64,000 bases of DNA from a virus, in the IMG/VR virus record IMGVR_UViG_3300034061_006808, positions 4,336-68,335 of that record; one strand, 5' to 3'. Each line of letters starts with the position of its first letter. Within the stretch, counting starts at the first letter, position 1. Shown one piece after another: positions 1-9,064 of this stretch. The notes beneath the pieces were generated by a model. That model saw only the letters and a program-made list of their open reading frames with translations, did no database searches and was not told where the DNA came from. The translations under genes were made by a program, and so were the position numbers.

Positions 1-1
1 T

Positions 2-103
2 GTCAGCACAAATTTTCTTTCCGCTATAGAAAATGGAGGAGGTGGAATTTATAGCCCGGGTGCAAAATTAACCCAAAAAATACGCGCTCTTTTACACATA
101 TGA
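2..103 (+). CDS. Partial (5'-truncated) XRE-family HTH protein
   Basis: Frame 2 reads VSTNFLSAIENGGGGIYSPGAKLTQKIRALLHI*, which aligns with the C-terminal half of the HTH at 100..348 (ISAPFYNDLELGNRNPNEELTEKLRSLFYT). Its stop overlaps the next ATG. Confidence 0.55.
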   Translation, partial: VSTNFLSAIENGGGGIYSPGAKLTQKIRALLHI

Positions 104-348
104 TGAACGCCCTCGACCGCCACATCCAAGCCCGCGAAGACCTCGAAACCGCCAAGCGCGCCCTGCGAGCCGCCGCGCGCGACCTCGGGGAGGAACTCAA
201 ACTCCTGCGCAAGCGCCAAGGACTGACGCTTCGCGGAGCCGCCGCGCAACTCGGCATCAGCGCGCCATTCTACAACGACCTCGAACTTGGCAACCGCAAC
301 CCCAACGAGGAACTCACCGAAAAACTCCGCTCTCTTTTCTACACATGA
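100..348 (+). CDS. XRE/Cro-C1 family HTH regulator with N-terminal coiled coil
   Basis: LKLLRKRQGLTLRGAAAQLGISAPFYNDLELGNRNP is a canonical XRE HTH. Confidence 0.85.
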   Translation: MMNALDRHIQAREDLETAKRALRAAARDLGEELKLLRKRQGLTLRGAAAQLGISAPFYNDLELGNRNPNEELTEKLRSLFYT

Positions 349-533
349 CCGACGACCTCAAAAGCCACGCCCGCATGCTCGGGCAAATCGGCTCCATGGT
401 GAGCGACTTTTGCGAGAAGGAAGACGACACCACGCTCCTGGCCGTGGCCCGACTCCTCGCCCACTACCGCGACGCGCAGGCCAAGCTCGCTTGGGACCTT
501 GTGGAACAACTGGAACAGGAAAAAGCAGAATGA
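345..533 (+). CDS. Hypothetical protein
   Basis: ATGA-coupled on both sides; phage-like codon usage. Confidence 0.7.
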   Translation: MTDDLKSHARMLGQIGSMVSDFCEKEDDTTLLAVARLLAHYRDAQAKLAWDLVEQLEQEKAE

Positions 534-895
534 AAACCAACACGCAAACCCTCGCCCGCGCGATGGACATTCTGGCCCGTGACATCCAGAGCCAAGACGG
601 CATCGCCAACGCCGCGATCCGCGAAGCCGCCGAGCGCCTGCGCGAACTGGATGCGGAAATCGGAAAGAAGATCGCCAGCGAAAAGCTCGCCCGCACGCTG
701 TTTGTTTACGCCAAAGCAGGGAAACTCAAATGCCTCTCGCCCTTGGAAGCCAGCGCCGCAGACCTCCCCCGGCACGGATGGGCGCACACCGCCACGCTGG
801 ATTCGGCAATCTGGATCGAATTCCTCGCCAACTCCTCCGCAGACCCCTCCGACGCGCTCGACGGGCTGCAATTCCAAACCGACAAAAAACCATGA
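530..895 (+). CDS. Hypothetical phage protein
   Basis: Start re-called at the ATGA overlap (MKTNTQTLARAMDILARDIQSQDGIANAAIREAAERL). Confidence 0.7.
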   Translation: MKTNTQTLARAMDILARDIQSQDGIANAAIREAAERLRELDAEIGKKIASEKLARTLFVYAKAGKLKCLSPLEASAADLPRHGWAHTATLDSAIWIEFLANSSADPSDALDGLQFQTDKKP

Positions 896-1137
896 GCGAA
901 CTGAATTTGAAAATCCCGCTTGAGGAAACCGCCAACCTCGCCGTCAAACTTAAAGAGGAGCGCGACGAGGCGCGGAAGGCATTTGTCATTGCAACGGATC
1001 AAATGGTTATCGCTCAGGGCAAGGTGCGTGAGGCAAACAAAGAGCGCGACGAGGCCCGTTCCGAATGCGCCCGCCTGCGCGAAATCATCGCCGACATCCT
1101 CCACGAACCGTCCCTCAAAATCCCGCTGAAACCATGA
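892..1137 (+). CDS. Hypothetical coiled-coil protein (ERDEAR repeats)
   Basis: ATGA overlap; ERDEAR occurs twice. Confidence 0.7.
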   Translation: MSELNLKIPLEETANLAVKLKEERDEARKAFVIATDQMVIAQGKVREANKERDEARSECARLREIIADILHEPSLKIPLKP

Positions 1138-1430
1138 ACCTAAAAACCATCCTAAACTCACTCCTTAAAACCCCCGTCTCCACCTCGGAAGCCTTTCTGG
1201 AATACGAGGCCGCCCTCAATACCATTGACGCCGCGAAAAAGACCATTGCCCGCTTGCGCAAGCCCATGGGACAGGCATTGCGAGCGATCCGCGAAACCGA
1301 AAACCTCTCGATGAGAGCCGCCTCCGAGCGCATCGGAATTTCCGGCCCCTACTGGAGCGAAATGGAAAGTGGAATTCGACCCGTGACCCAACGCGTGTTG
1401 AAAAAAATGCGCAAAGTTTTCAACCCGTGA
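1134..1430 (+). CDS. XRE-family HTH regulator, paralogue of 100..348
   Basis: LRAIRETENLSMRAASERIGISGPYWSEMESGIRP; ATGA start. Confidence 0.8.
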   Translation: MNLKTILNSLLKTPVSTSEAFLEYEAALNTIDAAKKTIARLRKPMGQALRAIRETENLSMRAASERIGISGPYWSEMESGIRPVTQRVLKKMRKVFNP

Positions 1431-1648
1431 AACCCTACCCAAGCTGGACCTGCCAGCCGTGCGGCCTCGAACACGGCGCGCGCCAGAAGGAAGTCTCCTG
1501 CTGGCACTTTGGACGCTGCGATGTGTGCGGGAAGAATGCCGAAGTGACCCAACCTCGGGACTTCGGCCATTTTCCCGAGTGGTTCGACGACACCCCGCGC
1601 TCCCAGAAAATCCCCAAGAAGAAAAAACCAACCCGCCGAGACGATTGA
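1427..1648 (+). CDS. Small Zn-finger protein
   Basis: CQPC...CDVC; GTGA overlap with the upstream stop. Confidence 0.7.
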   Translation: MKPYPSWTCQPCGLEHGARQKEVSCWHFGRCDVCGKNAEVTQPRDFGHFPEWFDDTPRSQKIPKKKKPTRRDD

Positions 1649-1652
1649 CACA

Positions 1653-1895
1653 ATGGACGCCCAGCATTTCCTCGAACACCATGTCCCCAAGAAAACCCTC
1701 CTCGCCGCCGCCGAGGCGCTTGGCATCCTGGAAATCGCCCGCCAAGAGGAGATGCACAAAAAGCTCCTCGACCTCGGGCGGGCCGAGCGCATCGAGCAAG
1801 CGAAGCTGGAATGCGCCAAGCGCCGCGCCAAAAGAGCCGCCCTCGGACTTGATAACTCCCGCGAAGCGGGGACGAGTGAATGCCGAGACAATTGA
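1653..1895 (+). CDS. Hypothetical protein
   Basis: ORF fills the gap between neighbours; helical and basic. Confidence 0.6.
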   Translation: MDAQHFLEHHVPKKTLLAAAEALGILEIARQEEMHKKLLDLGRAERIEQAKLECAKRRAKRAALGLDNSREAGTSECRDN

Positions 1896-1898
1896 CAA
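1880..1898 (+). promoter_or_regulatory. 19-bp operator-like motif copy (ATGCCGAGACAATTGACAA)
   Basis: Matches the genome-wide motif; ends 5 nt before ATG 1904. Confidence 0.75.
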
Positions 1899-1903
1899 AC
1901 ACT

Positions 1904-2299
1904 ATGGCCTACACCAAACCCACCCTCCGCGAAACAATCAAAAACCGCATCCTTGCCCAAGGAAAAGGCGGAGCGCCCGGGCAATGGAGCGCGCGCAAAG
2001 CCCAGATGCTCGCCCTGGAATACAAGAAATCCGGAGGCGGATATCGCGGCGAGAAGACCCAAAGCCAGAAAAGCCTCACCAAGTGGACCCGCGAAGAGTG
2101 GGGAACCAAGAGCGGCAAGCCCAGCACCCAAGGCCCGGAGGCCACCGGCGAGCGGTATTTGCCCAAGAAGGCGATTACAGCCCTCACCCCGCGCGAATAC
2201 TCCTCCAGCACGCAAGCCAAGCGCGAAGCCGTGCGCTCCGGGGAGCAGTTCGCCAAGCAACCCGCCAAGATCGCCAAGAAGACCGCCCGCCACCGATGA
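1904..2299 (+). CDS. Basic conserved phage protein (DUF5872-like)
   Basis: YTKPTLRE...GQWSARKAQMLALEYKKSGGGY...SLTKWTREEWGT...GERYLPKKA pattern. Confidence 0.75.
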   Translation: MAYTKPTLRETIKNRILAQGKGGAPGQWSARKAQMLALEYKKSGGGYRGEKTQSQKSLTKWTREEWGTKSGKPSTQGPEATGERYLPKKAITALTPREYSSSTQAKREAVRSGEQFAKQPAKIAKKTARHR

Positions 2300-2553
2300 C
2301 CTGCCCGACCTGCCAAACCCCCACCCGAGTGGTGGATACCCGCCGAATCCCCGAAGGCGTGGCCCGACGCCGCCGATGCCCGAAATGCCGCCAGGCGTTC
2401 TACACCGCCGAGACCAGCGTCGAGCAATGGCTCCACAAAGACACCCGCCGTGGCCGTTACAAGTCTAGGCCGAAATACAAATTCCGCCTCCCGCCCCCTC
2501 CTGCAGAGCATTGGATCGACCGCATCCGCAAAATTTTCCAACCCAACCCATGA
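2296..2553 (+). CDS. NrdR N-terminal-like Zn-ribbon protein
   Basis: MTCPTCQTPTRVVDTR...RRRRCPKCRQAFYTAE; no ATP-cone follows. Confidence 0.75.
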   Translation: MTCPTCQTPTRVVDTRRIPEGVARRRRCPKCRQAFYTAETSVEQWLHKDTRRGRYKSRPKYKFRLPPPPAEHWIDRIRKIFQPNP

Positions 2554-3143
2554 ACCACCTCGCAGGCCCCATCCCCCACCAATATGTGCGCGTGGATGCC
2601 ACGCACACCCATCACCCCGATAGCCAACCCGCCGACTGGATCGATGGCGAGTGGTTCGCCCTGCAAGGCTACCCCGGCGAAGCGTGGAGTTGCCATGTCC
2701 TGCTCGACCTCCCCGAAGGCGGAGCCGTGCGCCGTGCCATCCCCCTCCACGCCCTCGCCCAAGAAAAGGCCGAAAACCCCAAGCCCAACTGGCAACCTTG
2801 GCAAGCCGCCACATGGGACTGCTACAGCCCCGCGTTCGTCGTGCCCCGTTATTCCCTGCTGGAAGGCTTGCGCTGCAAAGCCCGCATCCGCGCCGCCGAA
2901 GGCGTGGACAAGTGGAAAGACTACTTCGGCCACATGCTCTTCGCGATCAAACCCGCAGGCGACGCCTTCAGCCGCCACCCAGGCCAAGATAAAGAGTTTT
3001 ATCTGATCGCCCTCGACAATGGCCGATACACCTTGCAACCCACCAACCATGTCCTCCTCGAAGACTTGAGCTTCACCGCCCGCCTGGGCCGCGACTGGCC
3101 GCGAGGACTGCGCCGCAGCGAGGAAACCTTCAGCGCCGAGTGA
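2550..3143 (+). CDS. Conserved hypothetical phage protein
   Basis: Globular ORF with GA...IPLHA, WDCYS and K...IALDNG...QPTN motifs, which I recall from aquatic phage proteins. Confidence 0.7.
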   Translation: MNHLAGPIPHQYVRVDATHTHHPDSQPADWIDGEWFALQGYPGEAWSCHVLLDLPEGGAVRRAIPLHALAQEKAENPKPNWQPWQAATWDCYSPAFVVPRYSLLEGLRCKARIRAAEGVDKWKDYFGHMLFAIKPAGDAFSRHPGQDKEFYLIALDNGRYTLQPTNHVLLEDLSFTARLGRDWPRGLRRSEETFSAE

Positions 3144-3328
3144 CCAACAGCCTCCAAGACTACCTCGCCGCCACCGGCCTCGATGAGGTGAAAGCGATGA
3201 ACGAACTCCAAGACCACGGCATCATCAGCGACAACTGCATTTCCGCCGCCGAGGTCGGTGATTCCGGCAAAGCCGTGGCATGGCTCGCCCTGCAATCCGG
3301 AGAAAAAATGTCGCGCCGAAAGCGTTGA
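3140..3328 (+). CDS. Hypothetical protein
   Basis: GTGA overlap with the upstream stop. Confidence 0.65.
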   Translation: MTNSLQDYLAATGLDEVKAMNELQDHGIISDNCISAAEVGDSGKAVAWLALQSGEKMSRRKR

Positions 3329-3349
3329 CATTGCCGAGACATTAGACAA
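3325..3349 (+). promoter_or_regulatory. TTGACA hexamer abutting an operator-like motif (TTGCCGAGACATTAGACAA, 3331-3349)
   Basis: Seen in sequence; intergenic, 9 nt before ATG 3359. Confidence 0.75.
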
Positions 3350-3358
3350 GTTGCGGGG

Positions 3359-4864
3359 ATGGCCACGAAGAAATCCAAGAAAAAGTCCGCTTCAAATTTT
3401 GTTCCGTATTCCACAAAGGACAATTTCAATCCGCTTGAGGACTACAATGTTGGCCAGCAGCAGATATGGCGGAATAACGATCCCGACGATTCCAGTGATG
3501 GGAGAGTTTTCTCACGCCACCACAGTGACGAGAATGAACCTACTTACAACTTTAACAACAACCCATATAACCTTCCATCAAGCTATAGTCCAATTTCAAG
3601 CAGTGAAGACCTAACAAAATGGCTTCCAAAATATAATACATACGACAGCGCCAGAATCGCGGCAAAGCACGCAGCCTCAATAACGGACGACACAGCGGGA
3701 AAAATGGGCGGCGGATTTGTGCCGAAAGCCGCCTTCCACGCGCCTGCCAATCCCAATCGACCGGCATATCGATGGGACCAGAAAACGCTGGAAGCAAATG
3801 CCGCTAGACGAGTTCAAGATTTAATGGACAAGGGCGTATATTCAATCCCTCAAGAATTGATGGACAGATCAATTCCTACCACCCGATACACAAAGGACGG
3901 AAATCCGATTTATACGACAGAAAGAGCGGCATTGGATGCTGCCCCCGGCGCGAACATCAGCAACGCTACCAAGGAAGGCTTGGGATTTGTCCCGCGAGCC
4001 GAAGCCGCCAACACTCCGGCAAGCAAATACACCCCACGCGAGCAGCAACTCATCAAAGACAGTGCCGCAAATGTCGCCGCCCGCGAATCCGGCAACACGC
4101 CCGCGCACAACGCCGCTTACCGCGCCCAGACTTACCAGAAGGAAGCCGACCGCAAGCGCGCCGCAGGCGACAAACAATCCGCCGACCGCTGGGCCAAATC
4201 CGCCGCCGAGGAACGCGCCAAAGCCAGCCAACTTGGCTACAAGGGAGACTTCAAAAACCTTTCAGCCACGCAAAAGCCTTCCACTCCCAAACCCTCCACC
4301 CCCACGGCTTCCTCCGCAACCCCCAAGCCGAGCGCGCCGTCAGCATCAAGCGCCAAGCCGGATTCCGTTAAAAAATGGGACGACAAGTATGTTTCCGACA
4401 AGATCAAGGCTGACATGAAAAGAATGGAAAGTTCCGAAGCCGCCCGCGATGCGAATATCAACGAAGGCAAACGCAATTCGGAGATCAAAGACCTGGACGA
4501 CCAAGTCCAAGATTTCAAGGAGACAGAACAACGCTGGCGCGACAAAGCCGCCAAAGCCACAAGCCCCGAGCAGAAGGAACACGCCCTCCAGATGGCTGCC
4601 GAATATTCCGACAAGGCCAAAGACCGAGAAAAGAAAATCAGCGACAAGAAAAACGAGTCCATGAGCGACATCAAGCCCCTTTCTAAATCCGACAAAGACA
4701 AAAAGAAAGGCGATTCACTCACCGATCCCATGGAGGATTTGATCGCTGGAATCCCCGAACTCAACAACTCCTCGGCGTATAGCCCGACCGGCGGCCCCGG
4801 CGGAAGCGGAGGAATCGCGGGCTTCTTCACCCGCGACGGCAAAGTGATCCCGATCACAGCATAG
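3359..4864 (+). CDS. Large hydrophilic, disordered protein; putative internal virion/ejected protein
   Basis: 501-aa ORF rich in K/A/S/P/D, next to terminase; C-terminal FFTRDGKVIPITA motif. Confidence 0.75.
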   Translation: MATKKSKKKSASNFVPYSTKDNFNPLEDYNVGQQQIWRNNDPDDSSDGRVFSRHHSDENEPTYNFNNNPYNLPSSYSPISSSEDLTKWLPKYNTYDSARIAAKHAASITDDTAGKMGGGFVPKAAFHAPANPNRPAYRWDQKTLEANAARRVQDLMDKGVYSIPQELMDRSIPTTRYTKDGNPIYTTERAALDAAPGANISNATKEGLGFVPRAEAANTPASKYTPREQQLIKDSAANVAARESGNTPAHNAAYRAQTYQKEADRKRAAGDKQSADRWAKSAAEERAKASQLGYKGDFKNLSATQKPSTPKPSTPTASSATPKPSAPSASSAKPDSVKKWDDKYVSDKIKADMKRMESSEAARDANINEGKRNSEIKDLDDQVQDFKETEQRWRDKAAKATSPEQKEHALQMAAEYSDKAKDREKKISDKKNESMSDIKPLSKSDKDKKKGDSLTDPMEDLIAGIPELNNSSAYSPTGGPGGSGGIAGFFTRDGKVIPITA

Positions 4865-4882
4865 ACTTCCACCACACTCCTC

Positions 4883-6637
4883 ATGACCCCAGAGGAACAA
4901 ACCGCCTACGAAATCCGCAACGACCCGCAACTCTGGTTCGAGGTCTTCGGCACGATCCTCAACCGCGCGGGCGAACTCATCCGCCCCACGGCCAACAGCT
5001 TTCAAGCCCGCGTCTTCGGCGTTTACCGCTGGTGCCGCGACCACCAAAAGCCCTGTCGGATCATCATCCTCAAACCCCGGCGCAAAGGCTCCTCCACCGT
5101 CTCGCTCGCGCTGGCCTACACCCACCTTCGCAACCACATGGGCTACGGCGCTGTGCTCGGCGACGACCTTGGCACCACCGCCAAGCTCATGGAGACTTGG
5201 AACCGCTATGTGGAGCACGACAAATTCAAGCATTGGGGCAACGAACCCTCGTTGAGCAAGCGGGCATTCAGCCACGGCAGCAAGGTTTACGAGGAAACCG
5301 CCAACGATCCCCGCGCCGGTATGGGCGGCGACATCCATTTCCTGCTCGCCTCCGAGGCCGCGCACTACCGCTCGAAAGGCAAAACCTCGGGCGAGTATGT
5401 GATGCAGTCGGTGATGAACTCGGTGCCGAACCTCCCCTCCTCCTGCGTGATCATCGAATCCACGCCCAACGGCACGCAGGGCGTGTTTTACAACACTTGG
5501 CAAAACGCCGTGGACTTGTCCGAATTCCAAGCGGGCCGCGAGGGCAACGGCTACATTCGCATCTTCGCCCCGTGGTTTGAATTTGACGACAGCCGCGCCA
5601 AGCTCGCCCAAGGCGAGGAGCAGGCGATCCTTCACGACCTCGATGCCGAAAGCCGCTACAACGGCGAGATCGCGCTTGTCGAACGCCACCGCGTCAGCGC
5701 CGACAAGATCAAGTGGCGCAGGCAGATCATCGACTCCCCGGCCTGCGGCGGCGACCCGCGAAAGTTCCAACAAGAATACCCCACCGACGATATAAGTTGT
5801 TTCCTGCAAAGCGGTTCTGGTCGCTTCGACCAAGAAGGACTGGAAATCCTCGGCGACCGCATCGCCCTCGGCGTTGATCCCAAATACGGCATCCTCGAAA
5901 TGCCCGAAGGCGCGGAAGCCCCCACCTTCATCCAGACCGCCCGCCACGAAGCGTGGGTGCGCATTTGGGAAATGCCCAAGGAGGGCCGCCGCTACATTGG
6001 AGCCAACGACTTCATGACCGGCGAGCAGGCGAGCGGCTCGCGCCGGGAAAGCGATTGCCACGCCACCCTGGTGGGCCGCGCCGCCTACATCGACGACGAC
6101 AAGGAACCCCACAAAGCCGCCATCGTCGCCTCCTTCCTACCCGACGACCGCCAGAAAGACTTGGACATCGTGGCCGAGCGCATCGGCCTCATGAGCAAAT
6201 TCTACGGCGGCTGCCTCATGGCCCCCGAGGTGAACAATCTGCATGGAATCATCGAGCTTCTCCGACGCCATGGAACCAACCTCTGGATGCGCAAGAAGCA
6301 AGGCACCGGCAAGACCGTCCTCGTCCCCGGCTTTCAAACCAACACCTCGACCAAGCGCCAGATCATCGGCGAACTCGCCACCCTGATCCGCGAGCAGGAA
6401 CTCGAAGTCCCCTGCCCGCACATCCTCGCCGAACTGCGCAACTTCATCGTCCACTCCGATGGCACCGAAGCCGCCGCCGAAGGAGGCCACGACGATTGGG
6501 TAATGTCCCTCGCCATCCTCACCCATGTCCTCCCTGCCGCCAGCCTCTTCGAGCCGCTGGAAGCCAAGCTCGCCCGCGAAGCCCGCCGCAGCGCATTCTA
6601 CCGCCCCACCCGCCAGCTTGTGGCCGAATGTCGTTGA
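4883..6637 (+). CDS. terL: Terminase large subunit
   Basis: Walker A LKPRRKGSST, Walker B-like LLASEAAHY, coupling motif ESTPNG, FQQEYP, nuclease C-terminus HDDWVMSLAI. Confidence 0.93.
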   Translation: MTPEEQTAYEIRNDPQLWFEVFGTILNRAGELIRPTANSFQARVFGVYRWCRDHQKPCRIIILKPRRKGSSTVSLALAYTHLRNHMGYGAVLGDDLGTTAKLMETWNRYVEHDKFKHWGNEPSLSKRAFSHGSKVYEETANDPRAGMGGDIHFLLASEAAHYRSKGKTSGEYVMQSVMNSVPNLPSSCVIIESTPNGTQGVFYNTWQNAVDLSEFQAGREGNGYIRIFAPWFEFDDSRAKLAQGEEQAILHDLDAESRYNGEIALVERHRVSADKIKWRRQIIDSPACGGDPRKFQQEYPTDDISCFLQSGSGRFDQEGLEILGDRIALGVDPKYGILEMPEGAEAPTFIQTARHEAWVRIWEMPKEGRRYIGANDFMTGEQASGSRRESDCHATLVGRAAYIDDDKEPHKAAIVASFLPDDRQKDLDIVAERIGLMSKFYGGCLMAPEVNNLHGIIELLRRHGTNLWMRKKQGTGKTVLVPGFQTNTSTKRQIIGELATLIREQELEVPCPHILAELRNFIVHSDGTEAAAEGGHDDWVMSLAILTHVLPAASLFEPLEAKLAREARRSAFYRPTRQLVAECR

Positions 6638-6662
6638 GAGGAAAAAGGTGCAAGGATAGCAT

Positions 6663-6687
6663 TTGACTCTGCCGAGACATTCGGCAA
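6663..6687 (+). promoter_or_regulatory. TTGACT hexamer plus palindromic operator copy (CTGCCGAGACATTCGGCAA, 6669-6687)
   Basis: TGCCGA-N5-TCGGCA inverted repeat; intergenic, before ATG 6698. Confidence 0.8.
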
Positions 6688-6697
6688 ATCATGAAGT

Positions 6698-8464
6698 ATG
6701 ACTGAATTCTACAAAGATGACAAACGCCCTAGCCCGCGCCCCCCACAACCCCGACTTCCTAAATTCGGCAGTGATGCTATTTATTTAGACGGGAAGACTC
6801 CCGAACAACTTTTGGCTACATTAAATCGTCTGCCAAGTTTTGCGGCGGAAACGAGGGGCCCTGGGACCCCTGCAATGAGAGAATATAATATAGCACTGAA
6901 AAAAAAGCAGGTCGAGATAAGAAATAAATTATCGCAGGCAGGATATGAAGTAAGTAACAGCGGCGTATCCAGTAGCCCATGGGAAATGGCTCCAATGTCG
7001 GATGCCCAACGCAAAAGGTGGGAGTCAACCGAGGAAGCTAAACAATTCCCTGAAGAGTATAAAAAACAAATCATAGAAGCTGACAAGCTTGCAGAACCGA
7101 AAACCTCAACCAAGCCGCCGATCCCCTCTATCTGGGGAGACCCTCCATCAAGACAAACCGCAGACCGCGTTCAACTCCCTGATGGAACAATGGGAAGCAG
7201 CACAATGCGAAAGTGGATGGAGGAAAACATTGAGAAACATGGAACACCCAAAGAGTGGAGCGGAACGACAATAACCAACACTTCCAATCAAGTATCTGCA
7301 CCACCCCCTCCATCCTCGCCGCAAACACAGACAAGTCCAAACCAAGTCTTTTTAAGTAATTTCGCAACCGGATCAAATTTTGAAAACTCATCGGCACCGC
7401 AGGAAACCAAGGAAGAATTATTAAAGCAAATCGAAACCGACTTGCAAGCCAAGCAAAAGGAACGGCGTGAGTTTTTGAAGCTGCCCGAACCTCCAAAATC
7501 AAGACCGCCTGTAATGCCATCCCCGGACGGCTCACACCTTGGACCTGACGGATGGAAAACACCAAGACCCGTCATTGGTAAAGGCCGCCCTCCATTAGAT
7601 AAATGGGTATCCGCCAATGGAAGGCCGCCAGCATTTTTCGACACACGAGGACTTGCAATTGATGATTACCGAAAATTCGGCAAGCCAATGCCTGGCCAAA
7701 ACAACAGCGGCACTAATGATCAATGGAAAGCTCCCAGCGCAAACTACCAACCCCCGCGCGGCGATGGCAACCCTTCGGATTACATTTTCGACCCCGCAAG
7801 AAAAGTCCACGAAGGCGCTTCAGGCGAGGGCTGGAATCCCGATGGCACTCCAACTAACAAGCAACAACAAAGAGAGGCTGATGCCCGCAACAAACCCGAT
7901 AATTTCGACAGCCAAGGACGCCCGCTCCCATACGATCGATATGGTCGTCCGCAACCTGCGTATTGGGGAAATCGCCCGTATTGGGAACAACAGGCAGAAG
8001 ATGCGAAAAAACTCAAAGAGCTTGCGGCGAAAAACGAAGCAAAAAAGCTCAAAGCACAGCAAGCCTCAGCCGGGTCACTCATTTCCGGCAAGCCCGGAGC
8101 TATTGCTGATGGCAAGGGCGGCTTTAGTTATCCCAAAGGCACAGCCCCCCTCGACCCCCTCGATCAAATCACCCAAGCCCGAGACATCTACGGCAACGAA
8201 ATTAAGACCGCCGATATGGTGACGGGTGGCGGCGTAAAGCTCCAGAAAAATCAGCGTGCCGACAAGGGCAAGAAAGACTTCGGTGGTCTGCAATTCCGCA
8301 ATGTTGGCGGGAAAATCCAAGTGGTTGGCGGACGCAAGGAAAGTGTCCCGAGCGGAGAAAAGACAAAAGTCATCAATGGATTACTCTATTCTGACTTTGG
8401 AGGTCAGCTAGGCGGGGAAATGGGTCTGGTTGCCGCGCCTAAAAAAGATTCTGGAATGCGCTAA
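6698..8464 (+). CDS. Pro-rich disordered protein; putative internal virion protein
   Basis: 588-aa ORF, AT-richer than its neighbours, P/G/S/K-rich. Confidence 0.75.
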   Translation: MTEFYKDDKRPSPRPPQPRLPKFGSDAIYLDGKTPEQLLATLNRLPSFAAETRGPGTPAMREYNIALKKKQVEIRNKLSQAGYEVSNSGVSSSPWEMAPMSDAQRKRWESTEEAKQFPEEYKKQIIEADKLAEPKTSTKPPIPSIWGDPPSRQTADRVQLPDGTMGSSTMRKWMEENIEKHGTPKEWSGTTITNTSNQVSAPPPPSSPQTQTSPNQVFLSNFATGSNFENSSAPQETKEELLKQIETDLQAKQKERREFLKLPEPPKSRPPVMPSPDGSHLGPDGWKTPRPVIGKGRPPLDKWVSANGRPPAFFDTRGLAIDDYRKFGKPMPGQNNSGTNDQWKAPSANYQPPRGDGNPSDYIFDPARKVHEGASGEGWNPDGTPTNKQQQREADARNKPDNFDSQGRPLPYDRYGRPQPAYWGNRPYWEQQAEDAKKLKELAAKNEAKKLKAQQASAGSLISGKPGAIADGKGGFSYPKGTAPLDPLDQITQARDIYGNEIKTADMVTGGGVKLQKNQRADKGKKDFGGLQFRNVGGKIQVVGGRKESVPSGEKTKVINGLLYSDFGGQLGGEMGLVAAPKKDSGMR

Positions 8465-8992
8465 ATGCCAAATCCTCCCAGCCAAATCTTCTTCCCCGAT
8501 CCCGCCCAAAGCGTGGCCGCGCTCACCGCCAGCGCGGCAGGCTCCACGCCCGACTCCATTCAAGCCCGCATGATGCTGATCAAGATCGCTCACGATGGAA
8601 ATATGGAGGCCCGCAACGCCCTCGTCGCGCTGACAAAGGTGATTCCCATGAATCCCGATGCCAAGCGCAAGCTCACCTTCCGCAAACCTCGCAAACTCAC
8701 CAAGCGCTCCAACCGGCAAGACCGACTCACTTTGCGAGGCGAGGAAAAAGCCGTGCGATCCGTCGATGGCCGCATGCTGGACATCAAGGATGTGCTCAAC
8801 AAAGGCGGTGTCGCCGGGATGAAGAAAACCCCGCAATACATCGTCGATGCCATCCAATACCGCATGGACAAAGCCGTCAAGCGCGTGAACCCAACCACCC
8901 CCGGCGTAAAATCCATCGGCCCAAAGCAACCCACCGAAAAACAACTTCAACGCGAAGCCGCCCGCGTCCAAGCCACCGAAGATGCGGGATAG
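8465..8992 (+). CDS. Basic hypothetical protein
   Basis: Starts immediately after the upstream TAA; phage-like codon usage. Confidence 0.75.
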   Translation: MPNPPSQIFFPDPAQSVAALTASAAGSTPDSIQARMMLIKIAHDGNMEARNALVALTKVIPMNPDAKRKLTFRKPRKLTKRSNRQDRLTLRGEEKAVRSVDGRMLDIKDVLNKGGVAGMKKTPQYIVDAIQYRMDKAVKRVNPTTPGVKSIGPKQPTEKQLQREAARVQATEDAG

Positions 8993-9022
8993 AGAAAAAG
9001 CGGAACACATTTCCCATTGTAA

Positions 9023-9041
9023 TTGCCGAGACATTTGACAG
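9023..9041 (+). promoter_or_regulatory. Operator-like motif copy (TTGCCGAGACATTTGACAG); its TTGACA and a TAAAAT 15 nt downstream may form a promoter
   Basis: Intergenic, before ATG 9065. Confidence 0.7.
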
Positions 9042-9064
9042 AGTAAACCATTCCTTAAAATCCT

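Noticed and set aside
287-2553. Long ORF-track calls such as 287..895, 1459..2553, 36776..38050, 40988..41878 and 60205..61257
   Set aside because: Their N-terminal extensions overlap real upstream genes in another frame; starts were re-called at the ATGA-coupled or nearest downstream ATG.
2296-2553. nrdR gene
   Set aside because: Only the Zn ribbon is present and there is no ATP-cone, so no gene symbol was assigned.
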